A DNA stretch of 64,000 nucleotides from a bacterium. GTDB lineage: Bacteria; Patescibacteriota; Microgenomatia; UBA10105; UBA927. The position numbers and the translations under genes are program-made. Shown here piece by piece: positions 52,051-60,735 of this stretch. Location: NCBI GenBank assembly GCA_021817785.1, contig JAKAFY010000003.1, positions 4,376 through 68,375 of the forward strand, given 5' to 3'. The notes under the pieces are model-generated. The model searched no databases and was not told the DNA's origin. It saw only the letters and a list, made by a program, of their open reading frames with translations. Within the stretch, counting starts at the first letter, position 1. Each line of letters starts with the position of its first letter.

Positions 52051-53462
52051 TTTTTCGCCCATTCATTCCAATCCGTTGCCTGCTCGTATGCGTGTGCAGC
52101 CCGAATGACTTTTGCTTCCTGCCACAGGTTGCCCATGATATTTAATCCGATATACAAATTGGTCGCCGGATCGCGGAAACACGGGACATTGATGCCCGGC
52201 AAGCCGGACACGGAACTGGCTTCCAGGAGCATGTCTTCCAGTTCTCCGTACATCGGACTCTGTGTAGACGCCCCAAGTTTTTGGGCAAACCCCGGAGATG
52301 TGGGAGAAATAAGCACGTCATAGTGGCTGAATAATTCATGGAAATTTTGGATGATGAGGCTTCTGACCTGTTGTGCCCGGACATAATATTTGTCTGCGTA
52401 CCCGTGGGACAGTGTAAATGTGCCCAGCATGATGCGCCGTTTGGCTTCGTCGCCGAACGCACCGCGATCGCCGCCGTAGCGCACCCCGTCGTATCGGGCG
52501 AGATTCGAACTTACTTCTCCGCGCTGTACCACCGTATAGACGCCGATGGCATAATCGGGATTTAACATATGCTTGGGCTTCACCTCATCGGACACCGGCA
52601 CCGGCTCTACCACAGCACCCAACTGCTCAAATACTTTTCCTGCGGTAATGACCGCGTCAGCCGCCGGCGTACCTCTCAGCGCATGATGGTCGACATAACA
52701 CAGACCGATCTTCATGCCTTTGACCCCGCCATCGAGCTGTTTCGTAAGATCCGGCACGGGATCGGTGGATGTAGATGCGTTGTATGGGTCATGGCCTGCG
52801 ATATGGTTAAACACCAATGCACAGTCCCGCACGGTTTTCCCTATCGGGCCGGGCGTATCAGTCGAAGATGCCATGGCTACCACGCCATACCGGCTCGTCC
52901 TGCCGTACGTCGGCTTAAGCCCCACGACACCGCACCATGCCGCCGGCTGGCGTATACTCCCCGCCGTTTCGCTGCCGATAGCGGCAATACACAGATTTGC
53001 AGCGACTGCAGCGGCAGAACCGCCACTGGAACCTCCGGGCAGATATTCCGGATTGCGCGGATTTTTCGTGGGACCGAAGTCAGACGTTTCCGTACTGCTG
53101 CCATGAGCCCAGGCATCCATATTGGTTTTGCCAACCACCACACCTCCGGATTTTTTTAATCGGGAGATGACGGTCGACTCGTATGGCGGCATAAATCCTT
53201 TGAGCACGTTAGACGACGCCGTGGTTTCCAGCCCCGGGGTCAGAAAATTATCCTTGACGGCTATCGGTACGCCCGCAAGAGGCGTGTTGAGAAGTTTCTC
53301 CCCTTTGGACACTGCTTCGGGATCGAGCGCTAAATAAATATTAAGCTCCGTGTTTTTCTCCGAGATGGCATCATGGACGTCTTTATACAGTTCCGCATGG
53401 GAAATTTCTTTCTTTTTCAGTTTATCTATGGCTTGGGTAAGCGTGAGGCGGTGCAAGTTCAT
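52044..53462 (-). CDS. gatA: Asp/Glu-tRNA amidotransferase subunit A
   Basis: GGSSGGSAAAVA, GSIRQPA, SSNLARYDG. Confidence 0.97.
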   Translation of the reverse strand: MNLHRLTLTQAIDKLKKKEISHAELYKDVHDAISEKNTELNIYLALDPEAVSKGEKLLNTPLAGVPIAVKDNFLTPGLETTASSNVLKGFMPPYESTVISRLKKSGGVVVGKTNMDAWAHGSSTETSDFGPTKNPRNPEYLPGGSSGGSAAAVAANLCIAAIGSETAGSIRQPAAWCGVVGLKPTYGRTSRYGVVAMASSTDTPGPIGKTVRDCALVFNHIAGHDPYNASTSTDPVPDLTKQLDGGVKGMKIGLCYVDHHALRGTPAADAVITAGKVFEQLGAVVEPVPVSDEVKPKHMLNPDYAIGVYTVVQRGEVSSNLARYDGVRYGGDRGAFGDEAKRRIMLGTFTLSHGYADKYYVRAQQVRSLIIQNFHELFSHYDVLISPTSPGFAQKLGASTQSPMYGELEDMLLEASSVSGLPGINVPCFRDPATNLYIGLNIMGNLWQEAKVIRAAHAYEQATDWNEWAKKS

Positions 53463-53464
53463 AC

Positions 53465-53770
53465 TTATTCATCCAAAATCTGATCGACGACAAAAAATCC
53501 GTTATGGGTGCGTTTGCCGTTTGCCAGCGCCTGCTCTTGGGTAAACATACGAGACGAATCTATTTCGTCTTCCCGGAATACGTTTTCAAAACCCGTCACC
53601 TGGCTTGTTGGGGTAACCCCTTTGACATCTACCTTGCCGAGCTTGTCAACGACATCCATCGTCGTCGTAAATCCGTGGGCCAATTCACCCGCTTCTTCAT
53701 CGGTAATGGGGATATGCGCGAGTGTCGCAATTTTTTGTACTGTCGCAGCAGTAAACGGAGACGCTTTCAT
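53465..53770 (-). CDS. gatC: Asp/Glu-tRNA amidotransferase subunit C
   Basis: IATLAHI, NVFRED, GFFVV; position. Confidence 0.9.
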   Translation of the reverse strand: MKASPFTAATVQKIATLAHIPITDEEAGELAHGFTTTMDVVDKLGKVDVKGVTPTSQVTGFENVFREDEIDSSRMFTQEQALANGKRTHNGFFVVDQILDE

Positions 53771-53816
53771 GAGCTCATTATAGCGGAAATGCAAAAGAGG
53801 TGATAGGCTTTATATT

Positions 53817-54104
53817 ATGACCAAATACCGCGAGGCCGTACAACAAATGCTCACCGAAAATAAAGAGCTTTTCGATGAATTCCGTCCGATCCATGATGCG
53901 TATATGCTAAACCCTGCGGTAAACCAGGCAAAATATAACTCCATAGGCAGTACAGTGATGGATACGATACGCGAATATGAACGCAGGCTCTGCGCCAAAA
54001 TGGGCGGCGGTATGTACAGCAAATTTTCGGCCAACCTGTCGGAAAAATTTATGGAAGAAATTAAAAAAACGTTCCCCAAGATTATGTTTATTGGAGTGGA
54101 GTGA
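53817..54104 (+). CDS. Hypothetical protein
   Basis: 95-aa ORF filling the gap, divergent from gatC. Confidence 0.65.
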   Translation: MTKYREAVQQMLTENKELFDEFRPIHDAYMLNPAVNQAKYNSIGSTVMDTIREYERRLCAKMGGGMYSKFSANLSEKFMEEIKKTFPKIMFIGVE

Positions 54105-54687
54105 GCGCGCGTATATCTTCTTGAAGCTGTTTTGGATTTTCAAAAAGTATTGTATGTATTCCCAATTCTTTTGCGGGGATAAGAAAACGAGGTTTGTCAT
54201 CGATATAGATGGTTTCCTGTGGCTTTGATTTCGTTTTGGCCAAGATGAGTGTATATATGTCCGGATTTGGTTTACGTATACCAACTTCATGGGAAAATAT
54301 GCCGCCATCAAACCAGGACAGAAAATGATACTGCTGTTCAAGCCGATCGACCCGCTCTTTCACATTATCGGAAAGATAATAAGTGGCATATCGTTTTTTC
54401 AGTTGAAAGAGAAGTTCTTTTGTATCCTCTATCAATTCATACCCATGTATCCACGCTTCCTCTAGTTCTACAACAGGTTGTGATATACCAAGAATCGCTT
54501 GAAACTGTTTCCAAAACTCATCACGAGAAAGTTTTCCTTCACGATAGGCTGTCCCTATCGTACCGCTTACGACTTTTTGCACGTTATCCTCCGGAATATG
54601 AAATTTCTTGCTTACATACTCTCGAAACGCGCGGGAACCATTGGTAAAAAGCACGCCGCCGAGATCAAAGATAATTGTAGTGATCAT
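54088..54687 (-). CDS. HAD family phosphatase
   Basis: FDLGGVL, RKP, YIDD. Confidence 0.9.
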   Translation of the reverse strand: MITTIIFDLGGVLFTNGSRAFREYVSKKFHIPEDNVQKVVSGTIGTAYREGKLSRDEFWKQFQAILGISQPVVELEEAWIHGYELIEDTKELLFQLKKRYATYYLSDNVKERVDRLEQQYHFLSWFDGGIFSHEVGIRKPNPDIYTLILAKTKSKPQETIYIDDKPRFLIPAKELGIHTILFENPKQLQEDIRALTPLQ

Positions 54688-55289
54688 ATACCCAATGCAT
54701 CTCGAATATTCTTAACTGACGAAGCAATGTTGTTTGTATCAAATACCATCCCCTGCCAGCCGCGGGATTTGACGATGGCAATATATTCTTCCACATCATC
54801 AATAAATAACATTTCTTCGGGCGAAACACCGGACGCTTGCTCTGCTAATTCAAAAATGCGAGCTTCTGGTTTGACCACTCCAACGGCCGACGAATCAATG
54901 ATCGTATGCCAGGAAATAGATGGGATAAGCCCTTTTTGCATTGCATATTTCATCGATCCGTCCTCAGCATTAGAAAGAAGCCCCAATGTGTATGTGCTTT
55001 GTAGTTCACGCACCAACGCATGCGTTTCGACAATGGGAGCATAGTGATCCGACCAAAAATCAGATGTCGAAGGAAACGGAGGATTCAATCCTAATATTTT
55101 TGCATACTCCGCCATGTATCCCAAGCCAGTAAGTTGCCCCCGTGCTGCTTTTTCCCAATGCCTTTCCAGCACCTTGTAGAGCGACTCTTCCGACACGCCG
55201 TATTTCTTCGCGACACGCGTATATCCGCCTCGCCAATCCAGTAAAACTCCACCGATATCAAAATAAATAAATTTTATGGGTTTTTTCAT
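54684..55289 (-). CDS. HAD family phosphatase
   Basis: FDIGGVL, LSN, VKP, FIDD. Confidence 0.9.
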   Translation of the reverse strand: MKKPIKFIYFDIGGVLLDWRGGYTRVAKKYGVSEESLYKVLERHWEKAARGQLTGLGYMAEYAKILGLNPPFPSTSDFWSDHYAPIVETHALVRELQSTYTLGLLSNAEDGSMKYAMQKGLIPSISWHTIIDSSAVGVVKPEARIFELAEQASGVSPEEMLFIDDVEEYIAIVKSRGWQGMVFDTNNIASSVKNIRDALGI

Positions 55290-55293
55290 AGAT

Positions 55294-56013
55294 TTACCGA
55301 AGAATGTTGTTGGCGCTGTGCTCGAGCGAATCGTCCAATGGCGCAAGAGTACCAACAACTTTGCTAATTAACCAGTCAGCAATTTTTGGATTTTTAGGAA
55401 GCAACGGACCATGGAAATAGCAGCCGATGGTATTTTTGTATGTGGCTCCCTCGTACCCATCCTCTCCGTTATTTCCATATCCTTTGATCACTTTGGCGAG
55501 TGGCTGCATTTTAGGACCCAAATGCGTTCGACCGCCGTGGTTTTCAAAACCGACGATGATGGTGCCGGATAACTCGGCAGGCGTAATAATTTCGGCCACG
55601 GTATTGCCGATACATCGTTTTGCCTGATCTCCGGGGTGCACGGTGTAGAGATCCCATATCCCTGCTCCGGGTATAGGCTCACCCTGGTATGGTTTGTAAT
55701 AGGCTCCGACAAATTGGTATGCGGCACAGACAAAGAGCGCTGGGGTACCGTGTTCTATCATTTTTTTGACTACCGGCCCTTTGCGTTTCAGAAAATCTTC
55801 TCCCGCAAGCTTTTGCTGTCGATCCTGGGCCCCGCCCATAAAAATTAAATTACATTGTTCTAACTCTCTTACTGGCGTTTCTAGCGTTACTGGTGTTACT
55901 TGCACATGTATCCCCCGCCATACGCAGCGCTGTTGCAACACGATGACGTTCCCGCGATCGCCATACGTGGACATGAGGTCAGGGTATAACCACGCGATAC
56001 GAATAGAGTTCAT
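55294..56013 (-). CDS. gatD: GatD glutamine amidotransferase (lipid II amidation)
   Basis: LYPDLMSTYGDRGN, GGAQD, GFENHGGRT, YFHGPLLPKNP. Confidence 0.9.
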   Translation of the reverse strand: MNSIRIAWLYPDLMSTYGDRGNVIVLQQRCVWRGIHVQVTPVTLETPVRELEQCNLIFMGGAQDRQQKLAGEDFLKRKGPVVKKMIEHGTPALFVCAAYQFVGAYYKPYQGEPIPGAGIWDLYTVHPGDQAKRCIGNTVAEIITPAELSGTIIVGFENHGGRTHLGPKMQPLAKVIKGYGNNGEDGYEGATYKNTIGCYFHGPLLPKNPKIADWLISKVVGTLAPLDDSLEHSANNILR

Positions 56014-56046
56014 AAAGTTAAAAGTTAGTAACGTTTATAAAGTTTT
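56005..56046. repeat. Short downstream arm of the repeat element (AAAGTT units on +)
   Basis: gagttcat aaagtta aaagttagt aacgtttat aaagtt; contains the gatD ATG and the four-helix-bundle gene TAA. Confidence 0.75.
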
Positions 56047-56379
56047 AATAAAGCCCGACAATAATCTTGATATTTCTTCGGATTTGCTGAGTAAATCATC
56101 GCGTCCTGAAGAGGTCACATATTTAAGATCACACGCAAGATATATCATCGACCGTACCTCCCCGCAGGATCCTTTTGCAATAAATAGAAAATTCTTTAAT
56201 TCTTTGTTTCCTTTCCGCTCAAATCCCTCAGCGATATTATTCATAATCGATACAGATGCTCGTTGGATCTGGTCTCGGAATCCGAAATCGCGGTTCGATC
56301 GAAACAAGTGATAGATGGTATTGGTCAACTCTTTTGCCCTTTGCCATGCAAGTATGTCTTCAAATCTATCTATTTTCAT
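56035..56379 (-). CDS. Four-helix-bundle protein (23S rRNA-IVS / Avd-like family)
   Basis: RFEDILAWQRA, DQIQRASVSIMNNIAEGFER, FLFIAKGSCGEVRS. Confidence 0.92.
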   Translation of the reverse strand: MKIDRFEDILAWQRAKELTNTIYHLFRSNRDFGFRDQIQRASVSIMNNIAEGFERKGNKELKNFLFIAKGSCGEVRSMIYLACDLKYVTSSGRDDLLSKSEEISRLLSGFIKTL

Positions 56380-56384
56380 ATCGT

Positions 56385-56589
56385 ACTTTATAAACTTTCT
56401 AACTTTATGAACTTTACGAACTTTATGAACTTTCTCACTTTATAAACTTTATGAACTTTCCAACTTTATAAACTTTATGAACTTTTCACTTTTTCCCCTT
56501 CTCACTTTATAAACTTTCCAACTTTATAAACTTTATGAACTTTCTAACTTTATAAACTTTACGAACTTTCTCACTTTACGAACTTATAA
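56385..56589. repeat. Long array of about 23 ACTTT+(3-4 nt) units upstream of the four-helix-bundle gene
   Basis: actttataa/actttatga/actttacga/actttcta/actttcca/actttctc units in irregular order. Confidence 0.92.
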
Positions 56590-57879
56590 TATCTTCTTCC
56601 CCGTGAGTATTTCCCGTATATCGAGCATCGCGGAGTACGTCGGCAGCACATACAGCGTTTGCCCTTTCGGAACTCGGGCCAGCGCATCCGTCACGGCCAT
56701 CATGAGGTTTGGTTCGATATCCATGCGTTTTGTATCTACCCCGGCGTATTTTAACCGCAGCGCCATATCGTACACGCGGTCACCGCTTACCGTAACGCGC
56801 ACGGATTTCGGAAGCGTTTCAAAATCCACATCCCAAATCCAGCTTACATCCCGGCCGTCCGGTATACGATCGTTTAATGCAAACAGAAAATACTGTCCCC
56901 GTTGTTCGATGACGGTGCGAAGCGATGCGTTAAACCCGGCCGGATTTTTGGAAAGAAATATTTTGACGGTCCTGCCGTCCATCACGATTTCTTCCTGTCT
57001 GCCGAATGCGGGTTTAAATGATTTCAGGGCGTGGGCTATATCCGTATCTCGGACGGACAACGATCCAGCCACGGCTACGGCAGCCAGCGTATTGTACTGG
57101 TTATAGAGCCCCGGCAATGGATTCGGCCAGGCAGACACGGATGGCACCGGCCGCGTATACCCGCACGCCGGACACGTCCACAAACCCAAGTGAGAAAAAT
57201 AGATGCCGTCGTAACGCAGTCTGTTGCCGCATTTCGGGCAAAAGGTCGAGTCGGTCGCATGCTCGGCTACGTTCAAAAATTTTGTCTTATCTTGGACGCC
57301 AAAGTATATGACGGTTCCCGGCACGGATTTACCCAGATATGCCACACCCGGATCATCGGCGTTTATGATGACCTGGGTTTCTTTCGGAAGCGCGGCAAAT
57401 GCCTTTTCCCATTTTTCTATGATCACGTCTACCTCACCATAGCGGTCCAGCTGATCACGAAAAAGATTCAGAACCACGATCCGCGAGGGTTTCATGTATC
57501 GGAGCACGATCGGCAGCGAATTTTCATCGACTTCAAAAATTCCGACGTCGGCGGTGATCCTCCCCAAAAAATCCGCGTGGCGGATAAACGAAGACACCAC
57601 GCCGTTTAACAAATTGGCTCCCGTGGCGTTATGGATGACGACGTCTCCCACGTGTTCCAAAATAGTCTTCAGCATAAGCGACGTAGTGGTTTTCCCGTTC
57701 GTACCGACCACGAGGATGACGCCTTTTTGAAATTCTTTGGCAAGCGACGCTGCAATATGCGGCCGCAGAGTGAGGGCGATTTCTCCCGGCCACGTGGCGC
57801 CGGCACCCAAATGGAATGTGGTACTTACAAACGAAACAAATTTTGAAAGAATGACAACGAGGCGGTCAATCAAATCCAT
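56584..57879 (-). CDS. murT: MurT ligase (Mur ligase with DUF1727 domain)
   Basis: GTNGKTTT, EVDE, NLFRDQLDRYGE, CPKC..CPAC, KNPAG, DGRDVSWIWD, PTYSAM. Confidence 0.92.
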   Translation of the reverse strand: MDLIDRLVVILSKFVSFVSTTFHLGAGATWPGEIALTLRPHIAASLAKEFQKGVILVVGTNGKTTTSLMLKTILEHVGDVVIHNATGANLLNGVVSSFIRHADFLGRITADVGIFEVDENSLPIVLRYMKPSRIVVLNLFRDQLDRYGEVDVIIEKWEKAFAALPKETQVIINADDPGVAYLGKSVPGTVIYFGVQDKTKFLNVAEHATDSTFCPKCGNRLRYDGIYFSHLGLWTCPACGYTRPVPSVSAWPNPLPGLYNQYNTLAAVAVAGSLSVRDTDIAHALKSFKPAFGRQEEIVMDGRTVKIFLSKNPAGFNASLRTVIEQRGQYFLFALNDRIPDGRDVSWIWDVDFETLPKSVRVTVSGDRVYDMALRLKYAGVDTKRMDIEPNLMMAVTDALARVPKGQTLYVLPTYSAMLDIREILTGKKIL

Positions 57880-57967
57880 ATCCGTATTATCGCGCAACAT
57901 ATGTATGGAAGGCAACGTGCCGCACGTATGAAGACTGATACATCGCGACGCTATCACGGTTATTCTA

Positions 57968-58564
57968 TCATCGAATTCCCAGAGACTCACGGAGCCGTTC
58001 TACAGGATGCAAACCACCGTGAGGAAAATCAAATTCATTAACTGTCATTCCGTGAAGCCGATCCGGTAATATAATCTCTTCATCCTGCCAAAGTCGCCTC
58101 GTCACGGCAGGGTGTAGCACGCGTTGTGCGACTAAACGATCCAACGCTCCAACCGGATACCATCGCCATGGGCCATGTTTGTTAGGTTCCCGACGCTCGG
58201 GCGGAGCACCGTCTGTCGCTTCATCATAGTAGATATAAAATATTTGCATCCGACGCCAAAATCCATCTTGATTAACCTCAACTGGTGACCTATGTCTGCC
58301 GATAAGATATTCTGGACTCCATATTCTTCTTCCCGTTTCTTCTGGCATCTCACGCATGGCAGTTTGTTCAAACGTTTCTCCATCCTCCCCTTTTCCACCA
58401 GGAAGGGTAAGCAGCCCCTTATTAACTCCAAGTAAGCGTCTGGCTAGTAATACTTTTGGGTCGCTCTCTGCGTCTTTAATAGCAACAATGGCCGCCACAC
58501 GGGTTGCAAATATTCGAGGAGTCCTGACTGAGCGTTCTCTAATCATTAGCAGACATTCTATCAC
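57968..58564 (-). CDS. NUDIX hydrolase
   Basis: LPGGKGEDGETFEQTAMREMPEETG; start uncertain. Confidence 0.8.
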   Translation of the reverse strand: MIECLLMIRERSVRTPRIFATRVAAIVAIKDAESDPKVLLARRLLGVNKGLLTLPGGKGEDGETFEQTAMREMPEETGRRIWSPEYLIGRHRSPVEVNQDGFWRRMQIFYIYYDEATDGAPPERREPNKHGPWRWYPVGALDRLVAQRVLHPAVTRRLWQDEEIILPDRLHGMTVNEFDFPHGGLHPVERLRESLGIR

Positions 58565-58598
58565 TCCTGAAAAGTCGCTTCATATCACGCGATACAGA

Positions 58599-59090
58599 TT
58601 ATACAATTGGCGTGTTCAGAAACACATGGACAAACACATCTTCGCCTTTGTAGCTGATAGTCTCCACGCCTATAGACAACGGCAAGTCAGGATAGTCTTT
58701 CATCGGGGTATAGGTATACTTCCAGTCTCCATCGGGAGCCAAATCAACCGGTTCATGTAGACGTGTGCGATCTGCAACGTTCGGCAATGTTGATTTCAGG
58801 TATGCCATAACCTGCTCTTCGGTTATACCCAACTGTTGTAGTTTTTCCGGCTTTACGATGCCTCCAGCAAACACACGGGTCGCCATCTCATCGCCTGTCT
58901 GCGCTATCTCCTGACCGCCCCCAATCCGCTTCGCAATCCAGTGATCATTGTACTTCGCATCTAATTCGGGAAACGACAATTCAGTGGCTTTCAACGTAAA
59001 CGGGCCACGCGTCACGGTTTGCCGCTGGCTTCCGCCTGCGTATCCCGCTTTCAACCCCATCGTTAATACGTTGTCTGCATTGGACATCAT
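58599..59090 (-). CDS. Hypothetical protein (DUF5680-like)
   Basis: Y.D.W..GGGQE...W.Y.Y...GVETISYKG pattern. Confidence 0.65.
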   Translation of the reverse strand: MMSNADNVLTMGLKAGYAGGSQRQTVTRGPFTLKATELSFPELDAKYNDHWIAKRIGGGQEIAQTGDEMATRVFAGGIVKPEKLQQLGITEEQVMAYLKSTLPNVADRTRLHEPVDLAPDGDWKYTYTPMKDYPDLPLSIGVETISYKGEDVFVHVFLNTPIV

Positions 59091-59093
59091 AGA

Positions 59094-59999
59094 TTACATC
59101 GCCCGAAGTCTCTTTATCCGCTCTTCTATGGGCGGATGAGTATCAAAAAGTCCTGCAAACCATGCACCGTAATTTTTCCCCTTAAACGGATTGGTGATAT
59201 AGAGGTGCGCCGTGGCATTGGTCGCCGCTTCTAAAACCTCCTGGTCCTTTGCAAGCTTTTGCAAGGCGCTTGCTAGTCCCGCAGGATACCGCGTCAGGAG
59301 AGCGCCGGAAGCGTCCGCCAGATATTCCCGGTTTCGGGACACGGCAAGCTGGATCATGGTCGCAAAAATCGGAGAAAGGATAGCCAAAATGATGCCGACA
59401 AGCATCATGATTTGCCCTAAATTTCCGTCCCGGTCATCTCGTCTCCTTCCGCCGCCCCACCACAGCGTCCGCATAAAAAAGTCCGCCAGAAATACGATCG
59501 TTCCCACCAGCACTGCTACCACCGCCATAAGCCGGATATCGAAATTTTTTATGTGGCTCATCTCGTGGGCGATGACGCCCTCCAGCTCCCGACGGTCCAG
59601 ACGTGCCAAAATACCGCTGGTGGCACATACCACTGCATGCTCGGGATCCCTGCCCGTGGCAAACGCATTCATCGCGGTATCGTCGATGACATAGAGTTTG
59701 GGCTTCGGGATACCGGCTGCTATGGCCAGATTTTCCGCCACGGTAAAAAAGTCAAAATCCGTTCTCCGGTCGGCGGGTCTCGCGCCGGACATCGCAAGCA
59801 CCATTTGATCTCCCCAATAGTAGCTTGCAAAGCTCGATATCACGGCAAAAAGTACCGCAAACCACATGAATCCGTTGCCGTACCCTAACGCCTGGCCCAT
59901 CACGTATCCCACGACGATCACAAAGGCGATAAACAGCGCCATGATGACATAGGACTTTGTGATATTGCCACGGATAGAAGATTGGATACTCATATACAC
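59094..59999 (-). CDS. htpX: HtpX (M48) zinc protease
   Basis: NAFATGR, AHEMSH, SRNREYLAD, THPPIEERI. Confidence 0.95.
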   Translation of the reverse strand: MYMSIQSSIRGNITKSYVIMALFIAFVIVVGYVMGQALGYGNGFMWFAVLFAVISSFASYYWGDQMVLAMSGARPADRRTDFDFFTVAENLAIAAGIPKPKLYVIDDTAMNAFATGRDPEHAVVCATSGILARLDRRELEGVIAHEMSHIKNFDIRLMAVVAVLVGTIVFLADFFMRTLWWGGGRRRDDRDGNLGQIMMLVGIILAILSPIFATMIQLAVSRNREYLADASGALLTRYPAGLASALQKLAKDQEVLEAATNATAHLYITNPFKGKNYGAWFAGLFDTHPPIEERIKRLRAM

Positions 60000-60001
60000 G
60001 T

Positions 60002-60082
60002 GTCATTCCCGCGAACGCGGGAATCCAGCGTATGATACACTGGATCCCCGACTCGCCTCGATTCGGCGGAGCGGGTCAGGCC
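60002..60082. repeat. Inverted homologue of the 50575-50640 element with a different distal hairpin
   Basis: GTCATTCCCGCGAACGCGGGAATCCAGCGTA...ATACACTGGATCCCCGA. Confidence 0.8.
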
Positions 60083-60093
60083 AAAAAATAACG

Positions 60094-60651
60094 TTAGAAG
60101 TTCACTTTCACTGCTTTCCGATCTTCGTCGCTCGCCCCAAAAAATTGCTTTTCGCCGAATCCTAACTGGCTGGCAATCATGGAATTCGGGAAGACTTTGA
60201 TTTTGACGTTGTAGTCCATCACCGTTGAATTGTAGTACTGGCGGCTGTAGGCTACTTTGTCTTCCGTATCGGAAAGCTCTTTCTGAAGCTGCAAAAATTC
60301 ATCATTTGCCTTCAGATCCGGGTAGGCTTCTGCCACGGCAAAGAGTTTGCCGAGTGCGCCGCTTAACGCGTCGCTAGCCTGCGCTTTTCCTGCCATCGTG
60401 GATGCACCCATGAGGGCACTCCGGGCCTTCGTAACATCGGAAAACACGCTTTTTTCATGCTTGGCATAGCCTTTCACCGTTTCCACCAGGTTCGGGATCA
60501 GGTCAGCCCGGCGTTTAAGCTGGACATCGATCTGGCTCCATGCTTCATCTATCGCCATCTTCATCGAGATCAAGCCGTTATAGAGCGACCATACATAGAG
60601 GGCAAGAAGTACTACTATTCCTCCGACGATCCAAAATGTATTCATATACAT
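60094..60651 (-). CDS. lemA: LemA family protein
   Basis: IDVQLKRRADLIPNLVETVKGYA, EAYPDLKAN. Confidence 0.95.
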   Translation of the reverse strand: MYMNTFWIVGGIVVLLALYVWSLYNGLISMKMAIDEAWSQIDVQLKRRADLIPNLVETVKGYAKHEKSVFSDVTKARSALMGASTMAGKAQASDALSGALGKLFAVAEAYPDLKANDEFLQLQKELSDTEDKVAYSRQYYNSTVMDYNVKIKVFPNSMIASQLGFGEKQFFGASDEDRKAVKVNF

Positions 60652-60660
60652 CCTCCTCCT

Positions 60661-60735
60661 ACGTTGAAAGTTTATAAAGTTTCAAGTTTTTAACCTTATG
60701 AACTTTATGAACTTTATGAACTTTCGAACTTATTA
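60661..60735. repeat. Two-armed AAAGT/ACTTT array between polX and lemA
   Basis: gaaagtttataaagtttcaagttt..ccttatgaactttatgaactttatgaactttcgaactt. Confidence 0.85.

Noticed and set aside
56035-56379. Diversity-generating retroelement (Avd-like gene)
   Set aside because: No reverse transcriptase and no TR/VR pair with adenine-specific mismatches seen in this window.
56385-56589. CRISPR array
   Set aside because: Units are 8-9 bp with no unique spacers, and no cas genes are in the window.
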